From Natronorarus salvus (GTDB lineage: Archaea > Halobacteriota > Halobacteria > Halobacteriales > Halalkalicoccaceae), in contig NZ_CP144125.1 of assembly GCF_036429475.1 (NCBI RefSeq), positions 2,783,521 through 2,807,520 of the forward strand: 24,000 nucleotides of DNA, in the 5' to 3' direction. Shown here in pieces: positions 1-7,543 of this stretch. Position 1 is the stretch's first letter. Each line of letters begins with the position of its first letter. A program made the translations under genes and the position numbers. The notes beneath the pieces were generated by a model that was given only the letters and a program-made list of their open reading frames with translations, made no database searches and was not told the DNA's origin.

Positions 1-252
1 GATCCAGAGCGCCGCTGCTGCGAAATTTCCCGTGTAATAGGCGGTCTCGTGGTCAAACGCCTTGTCAGCGAAGACCCTGACTAACTCGGAGAAATGGTGG
101 AGGTAGTCGTGTGGGTTGGGGTAGATCCACCGTACAAACGGGTCCGAACTAAATGCTAAGACGATGGTATCAATCCCTTCTTGTTTATCAGCTGTCGTTC
201 CAGTTTTCACCTCAGCGGTTTCTGGGATCCCGCGGGTTTGTTGAATTGACAT
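1..252 (-). CDS. GNAT-like N-acetyltransferase, N-terminal part (gene continues past the window's 5' edge)
   Basis: Not in the ORF track because it runs off the edge. My hand translation of the minus strand from ATG 252..250 gives MSIQQTRGIPETAEVKTGTTADKQEGIDTIVLAFSSDPFVRWIYPNPHDYLHHFSELVRVFADKAFDHETAYYTGNFAAAALWI. The open frame reaches position 1. The AFxxDPxxRWxxP N-terminal pattern is typical of one GNAT subfamily. Alternative starts are GTG 261 or GTG 210. A TATA-like ATAGTATAG (minus strand, about 281-290) lies about 30 nt upstream. Codon usage is atypically AT-rich for this window. Confidence 0.55.
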   Translation of the reverse strand, partial: MSIQQTRGIPETAEVKTGTTADKQEGIDTIVLAFSSDPFVRWIYPNPHDYLHHFSELVRVFADKAFDHETAYYTGNFAAAALWI

Positions 253-513
253 TTCTCTCACATGGCTCGTTCAAGGCCACTATACTATGTACGCTGTCAA
301 CCATAATGACTTTTTGTGTAGTAATATGAGCAGTTCTTTGTAGGCGATCTCTGAACACAACGAACTTGACGTGTATATTCCACCGTTTTTGTGAATGCAT
401 CGAGGCAAAGATGATGCTGAATACGCGCTGTGTATCTCGCACGGCTTCAGAAAAATGAGTTGGAATTGGTAGATTGGTCGTAGGATGATGTACTCGCACG
501 TTCACGGTTGAAG

Positions 514-732
514 CTACACTGAGAGCTCGCCTCGCTCGTACCGTCCATCGTGGATTCCTCGGATCTCCTCCACCGAGGGGAGCGGTTCGACGACGATCCT
601 CTCGTCCTCTTCATCGATGAGTACGCGCCCAGGAGTGGCGATTCCGAACCGCTCTCGAAGCTCCTTCGGGATAGTGGCCTGGCCCTTCTTGGAGACGCGG
701 GCTATCTCCCCGTCGTCCATACTTTCGCTCAT
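514..732 (-). CDS. AbrB/MazE/SpoVT-family DNA-binding protein (VapB-like antitoxin type)
   Basis: 72-aa track ORF. The N-terminal VSKKGQATIPKELRERFGI matches the SpoVT-AbrB swapped-hairpin signature (G-x-hTIPKEhRExhGI). It has an acidic C-terminal tail. Confidence 0.85.
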   Translation of the reverse strand: MSESMDDGEIARVSKKGQATIPKELRERFGIATPGRVLIDEEDERIVVEPLPSVEEIRGIHDGRYERGELSV

Positions 733-910
733 AGGTAGTATCGGGGCGATTTCGTAACACCGTACGATTTCGTACTACGGAGGCCGAAAGTCATTCAGCA
801 GAGACCAGCTGGACGGAAGGAGATGGTGTCGACCGTGACCGTACGAACGCTCTCGCGGCCAGGGATCGTGACGACCTCTACCGATTACATTCTGTAGTGT
901 GCAGGACGCG

Positions 911-1648
911 TTACATGTACATCCGGTCCTCGGGGACGTCGCTCACCGCGGCCTGCTGGAGGCGTTCGGAGAGCTGAGCGTAGTGCTGTTGGATCTCGCC
1001 CGCGAACTCCTCGAGGGGGGCGACGTCGACGTCGATCCCGTAGATCGACTCCAGCGTGCTCACCAGCCTGAGCGCTGCGTCGGCGTCCGGCGTGCGGGCG
1101 TGGACGGGTGTGACCAGCACGCAGACGCCGAGGTCGGAGTCCATACCCTGGCCGACGAGGCTCGCGTTCACCCCGTCGAGAAAGCCCGTCCCCATCGCGG
1201 GGACCTCGGTCCCGAACAGCCGGTGTTCCTGGTAGTCCTCGGTCGCGACGTAGAACGTCTTGTGGTCGTCGGGGCCGTGGGCGAGCGGGATCCCCATCAG
1301 GAGCACGACCTCCTCCGTGCCGTGGGCCTCGGTCCACTCGAGGATCGACCGGGCGAAGGCGTTCGCCGCCCACACCGGGACGAAGAGCTCACCCACGAGG
1401 ACGTCGACCGGGACGTCGTCGTGCGAGTAGATCCGGGTGTGGTGTCTGGGCGTGCCCGCGGTGAACGGGGTGATCGCTGGCAGTCCCTCGGCGCTGAGCG
1501 ATCCGGTCTCGCTCATACCGAGGTGGTCCACCAGGTAGTCGACCGCGGTGAGCCCCGCGAGGCCGACGCCGGAGAGCCCGACGACGAGCGTCTCCGCCGG
1601 TTCGTAGTCGTGTGTGATGCTGAACTGCGGATCGCGGCTGTCGACCAT
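911..1648 (-). CDS. PAC2-family proteasome assembly chaperone-like protein
   Basis: 245-aa track ORF. Its N-terminus (ETLVVGLSGVGLAGLTAVDYLVDHL) and overall layout match the archaeal PAC2/DUF75 family. It has high GC3 and an acidic composition. Confidence 0.8.
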   Translation of the reverse strand: MVDSRDPQFSITHDYEPAETLVVGLSGVGLAGLTAVDYLVDHLGMSETGSLSAEGLPAITPFTAGTPRHHTRIYSHDDVPVDVLVGELFVPVWAANAFARSILEWTEAHGTEEVVLLMGIPLAHGPDDHKTFYVATEDYQEHRLFGTEVPAMGTGFLDGVNASLVGQGMDSDLGVCVLVTPVHARTPDADAALRLVSTLESIYGIDVDVAPLEEFAGEIQQHYAQLSERLQQAAVSDVPEDRMYM

Positions 1649-1741
1649 ACCGACCCTACCACGACCGACGGCTTATCGGTTCACTCCCGGTGAGCAGCCC
1701 CGGACCGGCACAGCTATCCGGACGCACGAAGACGAACCGCC

Positions 1742-2713
1742 ATGCCGGTCGAGGCGGTGCCAGCGCTCGCTTCCGTCTGGGAGTTCCTGTTCGAGGAGAC
1801 GAACGTGGGCAACATCCTTCTCGCGCTGATCGTGCTCGCGATCGGCTGGTCGGTCGCGAAGCTCGTCGTCCGGCTGCTCGGACGGCCGGTCGCCCAGCGG
1901 TTTCGTCGCGAGAGCGTCACCCGGACCGTCCTCTGGCTGATCCGCCTGACGGTCGTCCTCTTCTTCCTCGCGATCGCCATCCCGGTCGCGAACATCGGCG
2001 TCGATCCCCGGGACATCGTCCTCTCGGTGACCGTCATCTCCGCGGTGATCGGTATCATCCTCGCGCCGATCGTGAGCAACGTCATCAACGGGCTGTTCGT
2101 CCTCGCGGATCGGCCCTACGAGATCGGCGACATGGTCGAGATCGTCGAAACCGGCCAGCGCGGCTTCGTCGAGGACATCACGATCCGTTACACCAAGGTG
2201 TTCACGATGGACAACACCTTTCTCGTGATCCCGAACTCCACGATCCGAGAGCGCGACGTGATCAACTTCTCGGCGGAGGACCAGCGCACGCGGGTCACCT
2301 TCGACCTCGTGGTGAACTACGAGGGCGACGTCGCGCGGGCGCGGACGGTGATGATCCGCTCGGCGCGGGCGGTCGGCGACGTGATCTCCGGGGGGCCGCC
2401 GATCCGGATCGGGAACGCGAGATATCCGGCCGCACCGGTCTGTTACGTCCAGGAGTACGGCGACCACGGCGTCCACCTGCGGATGCGCTACTGGGTGAAG
2501 AACCCGTACTACATGCCGGGGATCCGCTCGCGGATCAACCAGAAGATCTGGGACGCGTTCGACGAGGAGGAGATCGACGTCCAGTTCCCGTACCCCCACC
2601 AGCACGTCGTCTTCGACGAGACGAGCGGGCAGGCACGGGTCGCCGTCGAAGGGGAGGGGGAACGGCCGGCCGATCTAGGGGTCTCGCCCGCGGGTGACGA
2701 CCGGGCCGCCTGA
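1742..2713 (+). CDS. mscS: Mechanosensitive ion channel (MscS family)
   Basis: 323-aa ORF with three N-terminal TM helices. These are followed by the MscS beta-domain signature (NGLFVLADRPYEIGDMVEI...GFVEDITIRYTKV...DNTFLVIPNS). Confidence 0.9.
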   Translation: MPVEAVPALASVWEFLFEETNVGNILLALIVLAIGWSVAKLVVRLLGRPVAQRFRRESVTRTVLWLIRLTVVLFFLAIAIPVANIGVDPRDIVLSVTVISAVIGIILAPIVSNVINGLFVLADRPYEIGDMVEIVETGQRGFVEDITIRYTKVFTMDNTFLVIPNSTIRERDVINFSAEDQRTRVTFDLVVNYEGDVARARTVMIRSARAVGDVISGGPPIRIGNARYPAAPVCYVQEYGDHGVHLRMRYWVKNPYYMPGIRSRINQKIWDAFDEEEIDVQFPYPHQHVVFDETSGQARVAVEGEGERPADLGVSPAGDDRAA

Positions 2714-2735
2714 TCGAGCGGCCGTCTCGAGGGAG

Positions 2736-3137
2736 TTAGAGTCCGACGGTGATCACCGTACAGTCGAGACGCTCCTTGAGAAAGCCCTCGATGTCGGGGT
2801 TGTTCGTCAACCGACGGATCGCCCGCCGCCATCGCCCCGCCTGTTTGTGTCCGACGACGACGATGTCGGCCCGCTCGCCGGCGACCTCGTCGAGGATCGT
2901 CTCCTCGACGAGAAAACCCGAGCGGACGACGTACCGGGCGCGCTCGACGGTGCCGAACTCCGATTCGACCGCCCGCTTCAGGTCGAGACGGCTGATCTCC
3001 CCGCCGTTCTGATAGAGGTTCACGTGCAGCACCGTCAGCTCCGCGTCGTGGTCGTCGGCGACCGAGATCGCCTTCGAGAGCGTCCGCTTCGAGTGCTCGG
3101 AGAGGGGGTACCGGACCGGAACCACGACACGCGTCAT
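2736..3137 (-). CDS. Universal stress protein (UspA family)
   Basis: This is the internal start (ATG 3137..3135) of track ORF 2736..3446. The product is MTRVVVPVRYPLSEHSKRTLSKAISVADDHDAELTVLHV...ADIVVVGHKQAG...VITV, a typical Usp fold pattern. The 103-aa upstream extension is R/P-rich and not protein-like. Confidence 0.85.
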   Translation of the reverse strand: MTRVVVPVRYPLSEHSKRTLSKAISVADDHDAELTVLHVNLYQNGGEISRLDLKRAVESEFGTVERARYVVRSGFLVEETILDEVAGERADIVVVGHKQAGRWRRAIRRLTNNPDIEGFLKERLDCTVITVGL

Positions 3138-3544
3138 CCGTTTTATGTACCCACATCGAGCGGCGTCAACCTTTCCATTGTGACATCGATACGGGCGGTG
3201 TGAACACCGAACAGGGAGCGACTCCAGTCGGATCCCGATCAGCCGTCCCCGGTCCCCACCATCCCTCGAACTCCCGGTCGATGCCGTGCGTTCGCGCGTC
3301 CCTCGCGAGTGCCTGACTGCACCGCACCGCGCGGGCGTCGGTGATCCGCGGTGAGCGTCGGGAACTCGTCGTCGGTGTGAGAGAGAGTCGGTCGTCGCGA
3401 GGGTGTAGCTCTCCAAGGGTGAGAGGGGGTCGCCGTCGACGGTCACCGGACGACGATCGATCCTCGTTCGACCGCGTTCTTCCGGAGACCGGCGGGTACG
3501 GGTTCGGACGAACGGCTGAAGTCACCCTCGCGCGAACGGTGGGT

Positions 3545-3784
3545 ATGGACGAACGCGCCGGACCGGACGGGGTCACGCTCTACGTCGCCCGTGACGAGGG
3601 CGAACGCGGGTCGGAGGCACCCTTCTTCGCCGTCTTCGAGGGCCCGGAGAGGACGGAGCGCTGGGGCTACCTCTGTAGCAACTGCGAGAGTCTCGACACG
3701 GCGATGGACACGATGGGCCGCATCGTCTGCACGAGCTGTCCGAACCTCAGAAAACCCACCGAGTGGGACGCCGCCCACGAGTGA
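3545..3784 (+). CDS. Small CxxC...CxxC zinc-ribbon protein (haloarchaeal DUF5816-like)
   Basis: This is the internal ATG 3545 of track ORF 3341..3784. The product is MDERAGPDGVTLYVARDEGERGSEAPFFAVFEGPERTERWGYLCSNCESLDTAMDTMGRIVCTSCPNLRKPTEWDAAHE. It has two CxxC pairs and an acidic composition. The upstream part of the track ORF is R-rich junk. Confidence 0.75.
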   Translation: MDERAGPDGVTLYVARDEGERGSEAPFFAVFEGPERTERWGYLCSNCESLDTAMDTMGRIVCTSCPNLRKPTEWDAAHE

Positions 3785-3800
3785 CACCCCTGTGGGACTA

Positions 3801-3810
3801 GATTTATTAG
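3801..3810 (+). promoter_or_regulatory. TATA-box-like element (GATTTATTAG) for the 3835 gene
   Basis: An AT-rich hexamer TTTATT at 3803-3808 lies about 30 nt upstream of ATG 3835. This spacing fits the leaderless transcripts common in haloarchaea. Confidence 0.5.
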
Positions 3811-3834
3811 CGACGCCGCCGAACGGTTCGATGA

Positions 3835-4140
3835 ATGGGTACTGTTACCACTTCACCCATCGAACAGGCCCGATCGATCTTCGCGGACCTCGGCTACACC
3901 GTCTCGGACGAGGGCCACGAGCTGAGAGCCGAGCGCGACTGGAAGGTCGTGCGCGTGAGCGAGGCGCGGGAGGTGGAGACGGAGGCGGCCGCGGGCGAAC
4001 TGCGCTGTTTCGTCGCCGACCGCGAGACCGCGAGCGAGTTCAACCGGCGTCTCGCCGACGCGGACCCGGAGTACGAGTGGGCGCTCATCAGCGTCCACGA
4101 CGGGGACTACCGCGTCGTCCGGGCGCCGCCGGCGTTGTGA
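3835..4140 (+). CDS. Conserved-looking acidic hypothetical protein
   Basis: 101-aa track ORF with high GC3 and an acidic composition. A TATA-like box sits at about -30. I recognise no domain. Confidence 0.65.
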   Translation: MGTVTTSPIEQARSIFADLGYTVSDEGHELRAERDWKVVRVSEAREVETEAAAGELRCFVADRETASEFNRRLADADPEYEWALISVHDGDYRVVRAPPAL

Positions 4141-4200
4141 TCACACGACACCTCGCACGAACGGAACGTTGATACGGCCCGGCCGGGTACGTGCTGTACT

Positions 4201-6018
4201 GTGACCGGGCGAACCGACAGGACGAGCCGTCGTGCGGTTCTCGCGGGAGCGACGGCGCTGGCGGGATCGACCGCCGGCTGTTTCGACAGGATCCGCGCCT
4301 CGGTCGACCGGAACCCGCCCGAACAGGTCTCGCTCACGATCAAGGTCGTCCCCCGCGACGAGGACAGGAGCCCGATCCGGATCGCCCAGCACCTCGCGGA
4401 GAACATCGAGCGGGCGGGTGCGACGGTCGACATCGTGCCGACGACCGAGGAACAGCTCCTGCGGGACGTGCTGATCAACTTCGACTACCAGCTCTACATC
4501 GCGCGCCACCCGGGCCACGACGACCCGGACTACCTCTACACCTTCCTCGGCTCGCGCTTCGGCGAGGAGGCCGGCTGGCAGAACCCCTTCGGCTACGCCT
4601 CGACCGCCACCGACGACCTCCTTGAGCGACAGCGCGTCGCCAACGACACCGACGCGCGGGCCGAGGCGTTCTCCGAGTTCCACAGGACGGCGCTTCCCGA
4701 CGCGCCGATCACGGTCGTGGCCTACCCTGACGAGCCGCGAGCGGTGCGGACCGACCGGTTCGGCGGCTGGACGAGCCCCTCGCTCGAGTACCCGCTCGGC
4801 TACCTCTCGCTCGAGTACGAGGAGGTCGGCGACGACGACCGGGCGGAGGGCGTGCTCTACGTCGGGATCAACGACCGGCGACCGACGCGGAACCTGAACC
4901 CCTTCGCCGTCGAGTTCCGCGACCGCGGCGTGACGACCGGTCTGCTCTACGACCCGCTGGGACGGCGCATGCACGGCTCGATCGAGCCGTGGCTCGCCGA
5001 GCGCTGGGAGTGGGGCGGAACCGACCAGCGGCCACGGGCGACTCTCGAACTGAGAGAGGGGCTCACCTGGCACGACGGCGAGCCGATCACCGCGGAGGAC
5101 GTCGCCTTCACCTACGAGTTCATCACCGACACCACGATGGAGCCCGAGGAGGACCCGATCGTCCCCTCGCCCCGGTTTCGGACCCAGAGCACGCTCGTCG
5201 ACTCGGTCGAGGTGCTCGGCGACCACGAACTCGAACTCACGTTCGTCGCCGCGGCGGAGCCGGTCGCGGAACGGGCGTTCACCGTCCCGATCGTCCCCGA
5301 ACACGTCTGGACCGAGCGGACCGCGATGACGACGTTCGCCGGCTTCGACATCGACTACGTCACGGAGGCATTGGTCTGGGAGAACGCCGAACCCGTCGGC
5401 TCCGGGCCGTTCCGCTACGCCGACTCGACGAGCGACGAGTCGCTCACGTTCGAGCGCAACGACGACCACTTCCTCCTGACCGCGGAGTCACTCACCGGGC
5501 CGGTCGCCAGCTACGAGGCGCGACCCTCCTACTCGGGGATCCAGTTCGAGTTCGTCCCCTCCGACGCGAGCGCGCTCGAGATGTTACAGGGGGGACAGCT
5601 GGACGCGACCGCCTACGGGCTCGCCCCGGAGGAGGTGCCCGCGGCGAGCCGCGCCTCGGACCTCGCCGTCGAGAACGAGTCGACCAGCTCGCACTACCAC
5701 GTCGGGTTCAACACGCGAAACGCCCCCCTCTCGAATCCGCAGTTCCGCTACGCCATCGCCCGACTGATCGACCGCGAGTACGTCTACGAGTCGGTGTTCG
5801 AGCGGTACGCGACCCCCACCTACAGCCCGATCGCGTCGGATCGGTACGTCCCGGAGGAGTTCCGGTGGAGCCCCGAGGACGTCGGCGAGCACGAGCTCTC
5901 GTTCGTCGGCCGCGAGGACGACGAGGTGGGGGTCGTCGAAGCAGAAGCAGCGCGGGAGCTTTTTCGTGATGCGGGGTATAGGTACAACGAGGACAACGAA
6001 CTCCTCGTCCAACAATGA
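4201..6018 (+). CDS. ABC-transporter family-5 (peptide/nickel type) substrate-binding lipoprotein with Tat signal
   Basis: 605-aa ORF with a GTG start. It carries a twin-arginine motif plus lipobox (TSRRAVLAGATALAGSTAGC). Its length and internal motifs (LTWHDGEPITAEDVAFTYEF, GSGPFRY) are typical of the SBP_bac_5 family. Confidence 0.9.
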   Translation: MTGRTDRTSRRAVLAGATALAGSTAGCFDRIRASVDRNPPEQVSLTIKVVPRDEDRSPIRIAQHLAENIERAGATVDIVPTTEEQLLRDVLINFDYQLYIARHPGHDDPDYLYTFLGSRFGEEAGWQNPFGYASTATDDLLERQRVANDTDARAEAFSEFHRTALPDAPITVVAYPDEPRAVRTDRFGGWTSPSLEYPLGYLSLEYEEVGDDDRAEGVLYVGINDRRPTRNLNPFAVEFRDRGVTTGLLYDPLGRRMHGSIEPWLAERWEWGGTDQRPRATLELREGLTWHDGEPITAEDVAFTYEFITDTTMEPEEDPIVPSPRFRTQSTLVDSVEVLGDHELELTFVAAAEPVAERAFTVPIVPEHVWTERTAMTTFAGFDIDYVTEALVWENAEPVGSGPFRYADSTSDESLTFERNDDHFLLTAESLTGPVASYEARPSYSGIQFEFVPSDASALEMLQGGQLDATAYGLAPEEVPAASRASDLAVENESTSSHYHVGFNTRNAPLSNPQFRYAIARLIDREYVYESVFERYATPTYSPIASDRYVPEEFRWSPEDVGEHELSFVGREDDEVGVVEAEAARELFRDAGYRYNEDNELLVQQ

Positions 6019-6042
6019 GAGCCATAGCCCGGAGCCAGTGAG

Positions 6043-6885
6043 ATGGTGCTGGTCGGCGTTCTCCTGACGCTGGTCGCCGTCGTCAGCCTGATGCTCGTCT
6101 GCGGGACTGTGCTCTGTATCGACCGCGAACAGCTGCGACAGACGAGACGAGAGCTCCGACCTCGGCTGATCATGGTCGCCCCCTCGATCGGCCTGCTCGC
6201 GACGGTGCTGATCCTGAACAGTCTCACCAGACGCGCCGCCCAGCGATTCTCCTGGCTCATCGGCTTCAACATCACCGGCGACATCTACCGGCTCGAGGGC
6301 GACTTCGTCGCCTGGCTCCAGGGGTTCGCGACCGCCGAGCTCACCGTCTACTTCTCCTTCGTCTACCTCTTCGGCTACGTCTTCCTGCTCGTCTTCCCCT
6401 TGCTCGCGTACCTCGCACTCAGCGAGCAACGGACGCTGCACGAGCTCACGATCGCCTACGCCGCGAACTACGGCCTCGGGCTGCTCTGTTACGTGATCTT
6501 CATCGCCTACGGCCCGCGAAACCTAGACGTCGCCGCACAGCTGATGTACGACTTCTACCCGCAGTCGCAGTTCCTCACCAGCGCGGTGAACGTGAACACG
6601 AACGTCTTCCCCTCGCTCCACACCTCGCTGTCGGCCACGGTGATGCTCTTCGCGTGGCACACCAGAGAGCAGTACCCCCGGTGGTTCGTCCTCGCGCAGG
6701 TGATCGGCGCGAGCGTCATCGTCTCGACGATGTACCTCGGGATCCACTGGCTGATCGACGTGATCGCGGGGATCGTCCTCGCGTACGTGAGCGTACTGAT
6801 CGGACAGCGTTTCGCCGACGACTGGCGCGAGCTCAGCACCGTCGGGCCCGCGAGCCTCGCCCGGCAGATGCGCCACCGATTTTAA
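6043..6885 (+). CDS. PAP2-superfamily (PAP2_C / inositol-phosphorylceramide-synthase-like) integral membrane protein
   Basis: 280-aa ORF, polytopic. Its C-terminal motifs FPSLHTS and GIHWLIDVIAG resemble the PAP2 C2/C3 motifs (PSGH ... HxxxD). It starts 24 nt after the SBP stop. Confidence 0.7.
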   Translation: MVLVGVLLTLVAVVSLMLVCGTVLCIDREQLRQTRRELRPRLIMVAPSIGLLATVLILNSLTRRAAQRFSWLIGFNITGDIYRLEGDFVAWLQGFATAELTVYFSFVYLFGYVFLLVFPLLAYLALSEQRTLHELTIAYAANYGLGLLCYVIFIAYGPRNLDVAAQLMYDFYPQSQFLTSAVNVNTNVFPSLHTSLSATVMLFAWHTREQYPRWFVLAQVIGASVIVSTMYLGIHWLIDVIAGIVLAYVSVLIGQRFADDWRELSTVGPASLARQMRHRF

Positions 6886-6886
6886 G
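6878..6886 (+). promoter_or_regulatory. TATA-box-like element (GATTTTAAG) for dodecin
   Basis: It lies about 30 nt upstream of ATG 6913 and overlaps the PAP2 stop codon. It is followed by CCGTCGGGGT, as in the element at 23283-23300. Confidence 0.5.
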
Positions 6887-6912
6887 CCGTCGGGGTGCGC
6901 ATTGCGAGGTGC

Positions 6913-7113
6913 ATGGTATTCAAGAAGGTCACGCTGATCGGAACGAGCACCGAGAGCTTCGACGACGCCGCCGACGACGCGATCGACCGCGCCGAGAGAA
7001 CGCTCGAGAACGTCTACTGGGCGGAGGTAAAGGAGTTCGGCGTCGAGATCGCCTCGGCGGAGGACAGGGAGTACCAGGCCGAACTCGAGGTCGCCTTCGA
7101 GGTCGAGGAGTAA
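6913..7113 (+). CDS. Dodecin (flavin-binding/storage protein)
   Basis: This is the internal ATG 6913 of track ORF 6895..7113. [46 protein letters not shown]...AFEVEE closely follows the archaeal dodecin sequence pattern ([20 protein letters not shown]). Confidence 0.95.
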   Translation: MVFKKVTLIGTSTESFDDAADDAIDRAERTLENVYWAEVKEFGVEIASAEDREYQAELEVAFEVEE

Positions 7114-7117
7114 GTAC

Positions 7118-7447
7118 CTAGAACTGGTACCGGCGGGCCTCGTCGTCGGTACCCCCGCTCGCGGCGACGCCGCCGTTCATCTCCTCGTAGGTCATTCCCG
7201 AGAGGTACTCGTCGTACGTGACGTCGTACTCGCGTCTGAGGCCGAAGTCGAGCCCGCCGGTGTCGACGGTGCTCTGAAAGAGCAGGTGGATCGCCCGGCG
7301 GACGAGTTCGTCGGTGCTCTCGGGGCCGAGCGCCGCCTGAAGGAGCGCGAGTTCGGTCTTCGACTGGCGGTCGAGCGCGATCGGCTGGTCGTCGGCGAGG
7401 TCGGTGTAGATCGACTCGACGTCCTCGCTCAGGTCGGGGAGGCCCAT
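7118..7447 (-). CDS. Acidic hypothetical protein, possible ribbon-helix-helix fold
   Basis: This is the internal ATG 7447..7445 of track ORF 7118..7633. The product begins MGLPDLSEDVESIYTDLADDQPIALDRQSKTELALLQAALGPESTDELVRRAIHLLFQ.... A strand-helix-helix pattern is suggestive only. The upstream extension would overlap the promoter and start of the divergent MutY-like gene (ATG 7544). Confidence 0.55.
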   Translation of the reverse strand: MGLPDLSEDVESIYTDLADDQPIALDRQSKTELALLQAALGPESTDELVRRAIHLLFQSTVDTGGLDFGLRREYDVTYDEYLSGMTYEEMNGGVAASGGTDDEARRYQF

Positions 7448-7543
7448 AGCCGACCGGTCGTCGCGCGACCGGATACCGGTTTCGACAGCGAGTGCGGGAG
7501 ACCGATCGCCACCGCTTTGAGCCGCCGGCCGCAACCGGGAGCG

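Noticed and set aside
212-505. 97-aa ORF immediately downstream of the AbrB gene, considered as an annotated CDS or toxin.
   Set aside because: I did not list it as a feature. Its codons are AT-rich and its product is basic, unlike every confident gene in the window. I recognise no PIN, MazF or other toxin motif. It overlaps the probable GNAT start (252) and contains that gene's TATA-like box. I keep it only as an open question in the first finding.
1-732. AbrB plus GNAT as a TacT/AtaT-like GNAT toxin-antitoxin pair.
   Set aside because: Known GNAT toxins pair with RHH-type antitoxins encoded immediately upstream. Here the genes are about 260 bp apart with an apparent separate promoter. The GNAT N-terminus (AFSSDPFVRW type) does not resemble the TacT/AtaT subfamily as far as I can judge.
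2736-3446. N-terminal extensions of track ORFs: 2736-3446, 3341-3784, 6895-7113, 7118-7633, 7286-8455, 8139-9083, 10286-11419, 11361-12029, 17878-19380, 19127-19543, 19552-20271, 19738-21126.
   Set aside because: The extended parts are R/P-rich or overlap neighbouring genes. Internal ATG or GTG codons give N-termini that match family expectations, often with a TATA-like box 25-31 nt upstream.
4141-5469. Long antisense or off-frame ORFs in the track. Examples: 4141-5469(-), 1673-2605(-), 1690-2697(+), 7014-7970(-), 13748-15154(+), 14697-16091(-), 18330-19439(+), 18980-20248(-), 20382-21188(+), 20987-21859(-), 11435-12364(+).
   Set aside because: Their translations are extreme R/P/G/D-rich low-complexity strings. 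Each overlaps a gene with clear family motifs in another frame or on the other strand. This is the expected artefact of stop-codon-poor GC-rich coding DNA.
7448-7543. Short palindromes (GACCGGTC, ACCGG-ATA-CCGGT) in the divergent promoter between the RHH-like gene and the MutY-like gene, and CCCGAA-G-TTCGGG at 19142-19154 next to the CPBP start.
   Set aside because: Arms of 5-6 bp in GC-rich DNA are expected by chance, and there is no second copy or other support.
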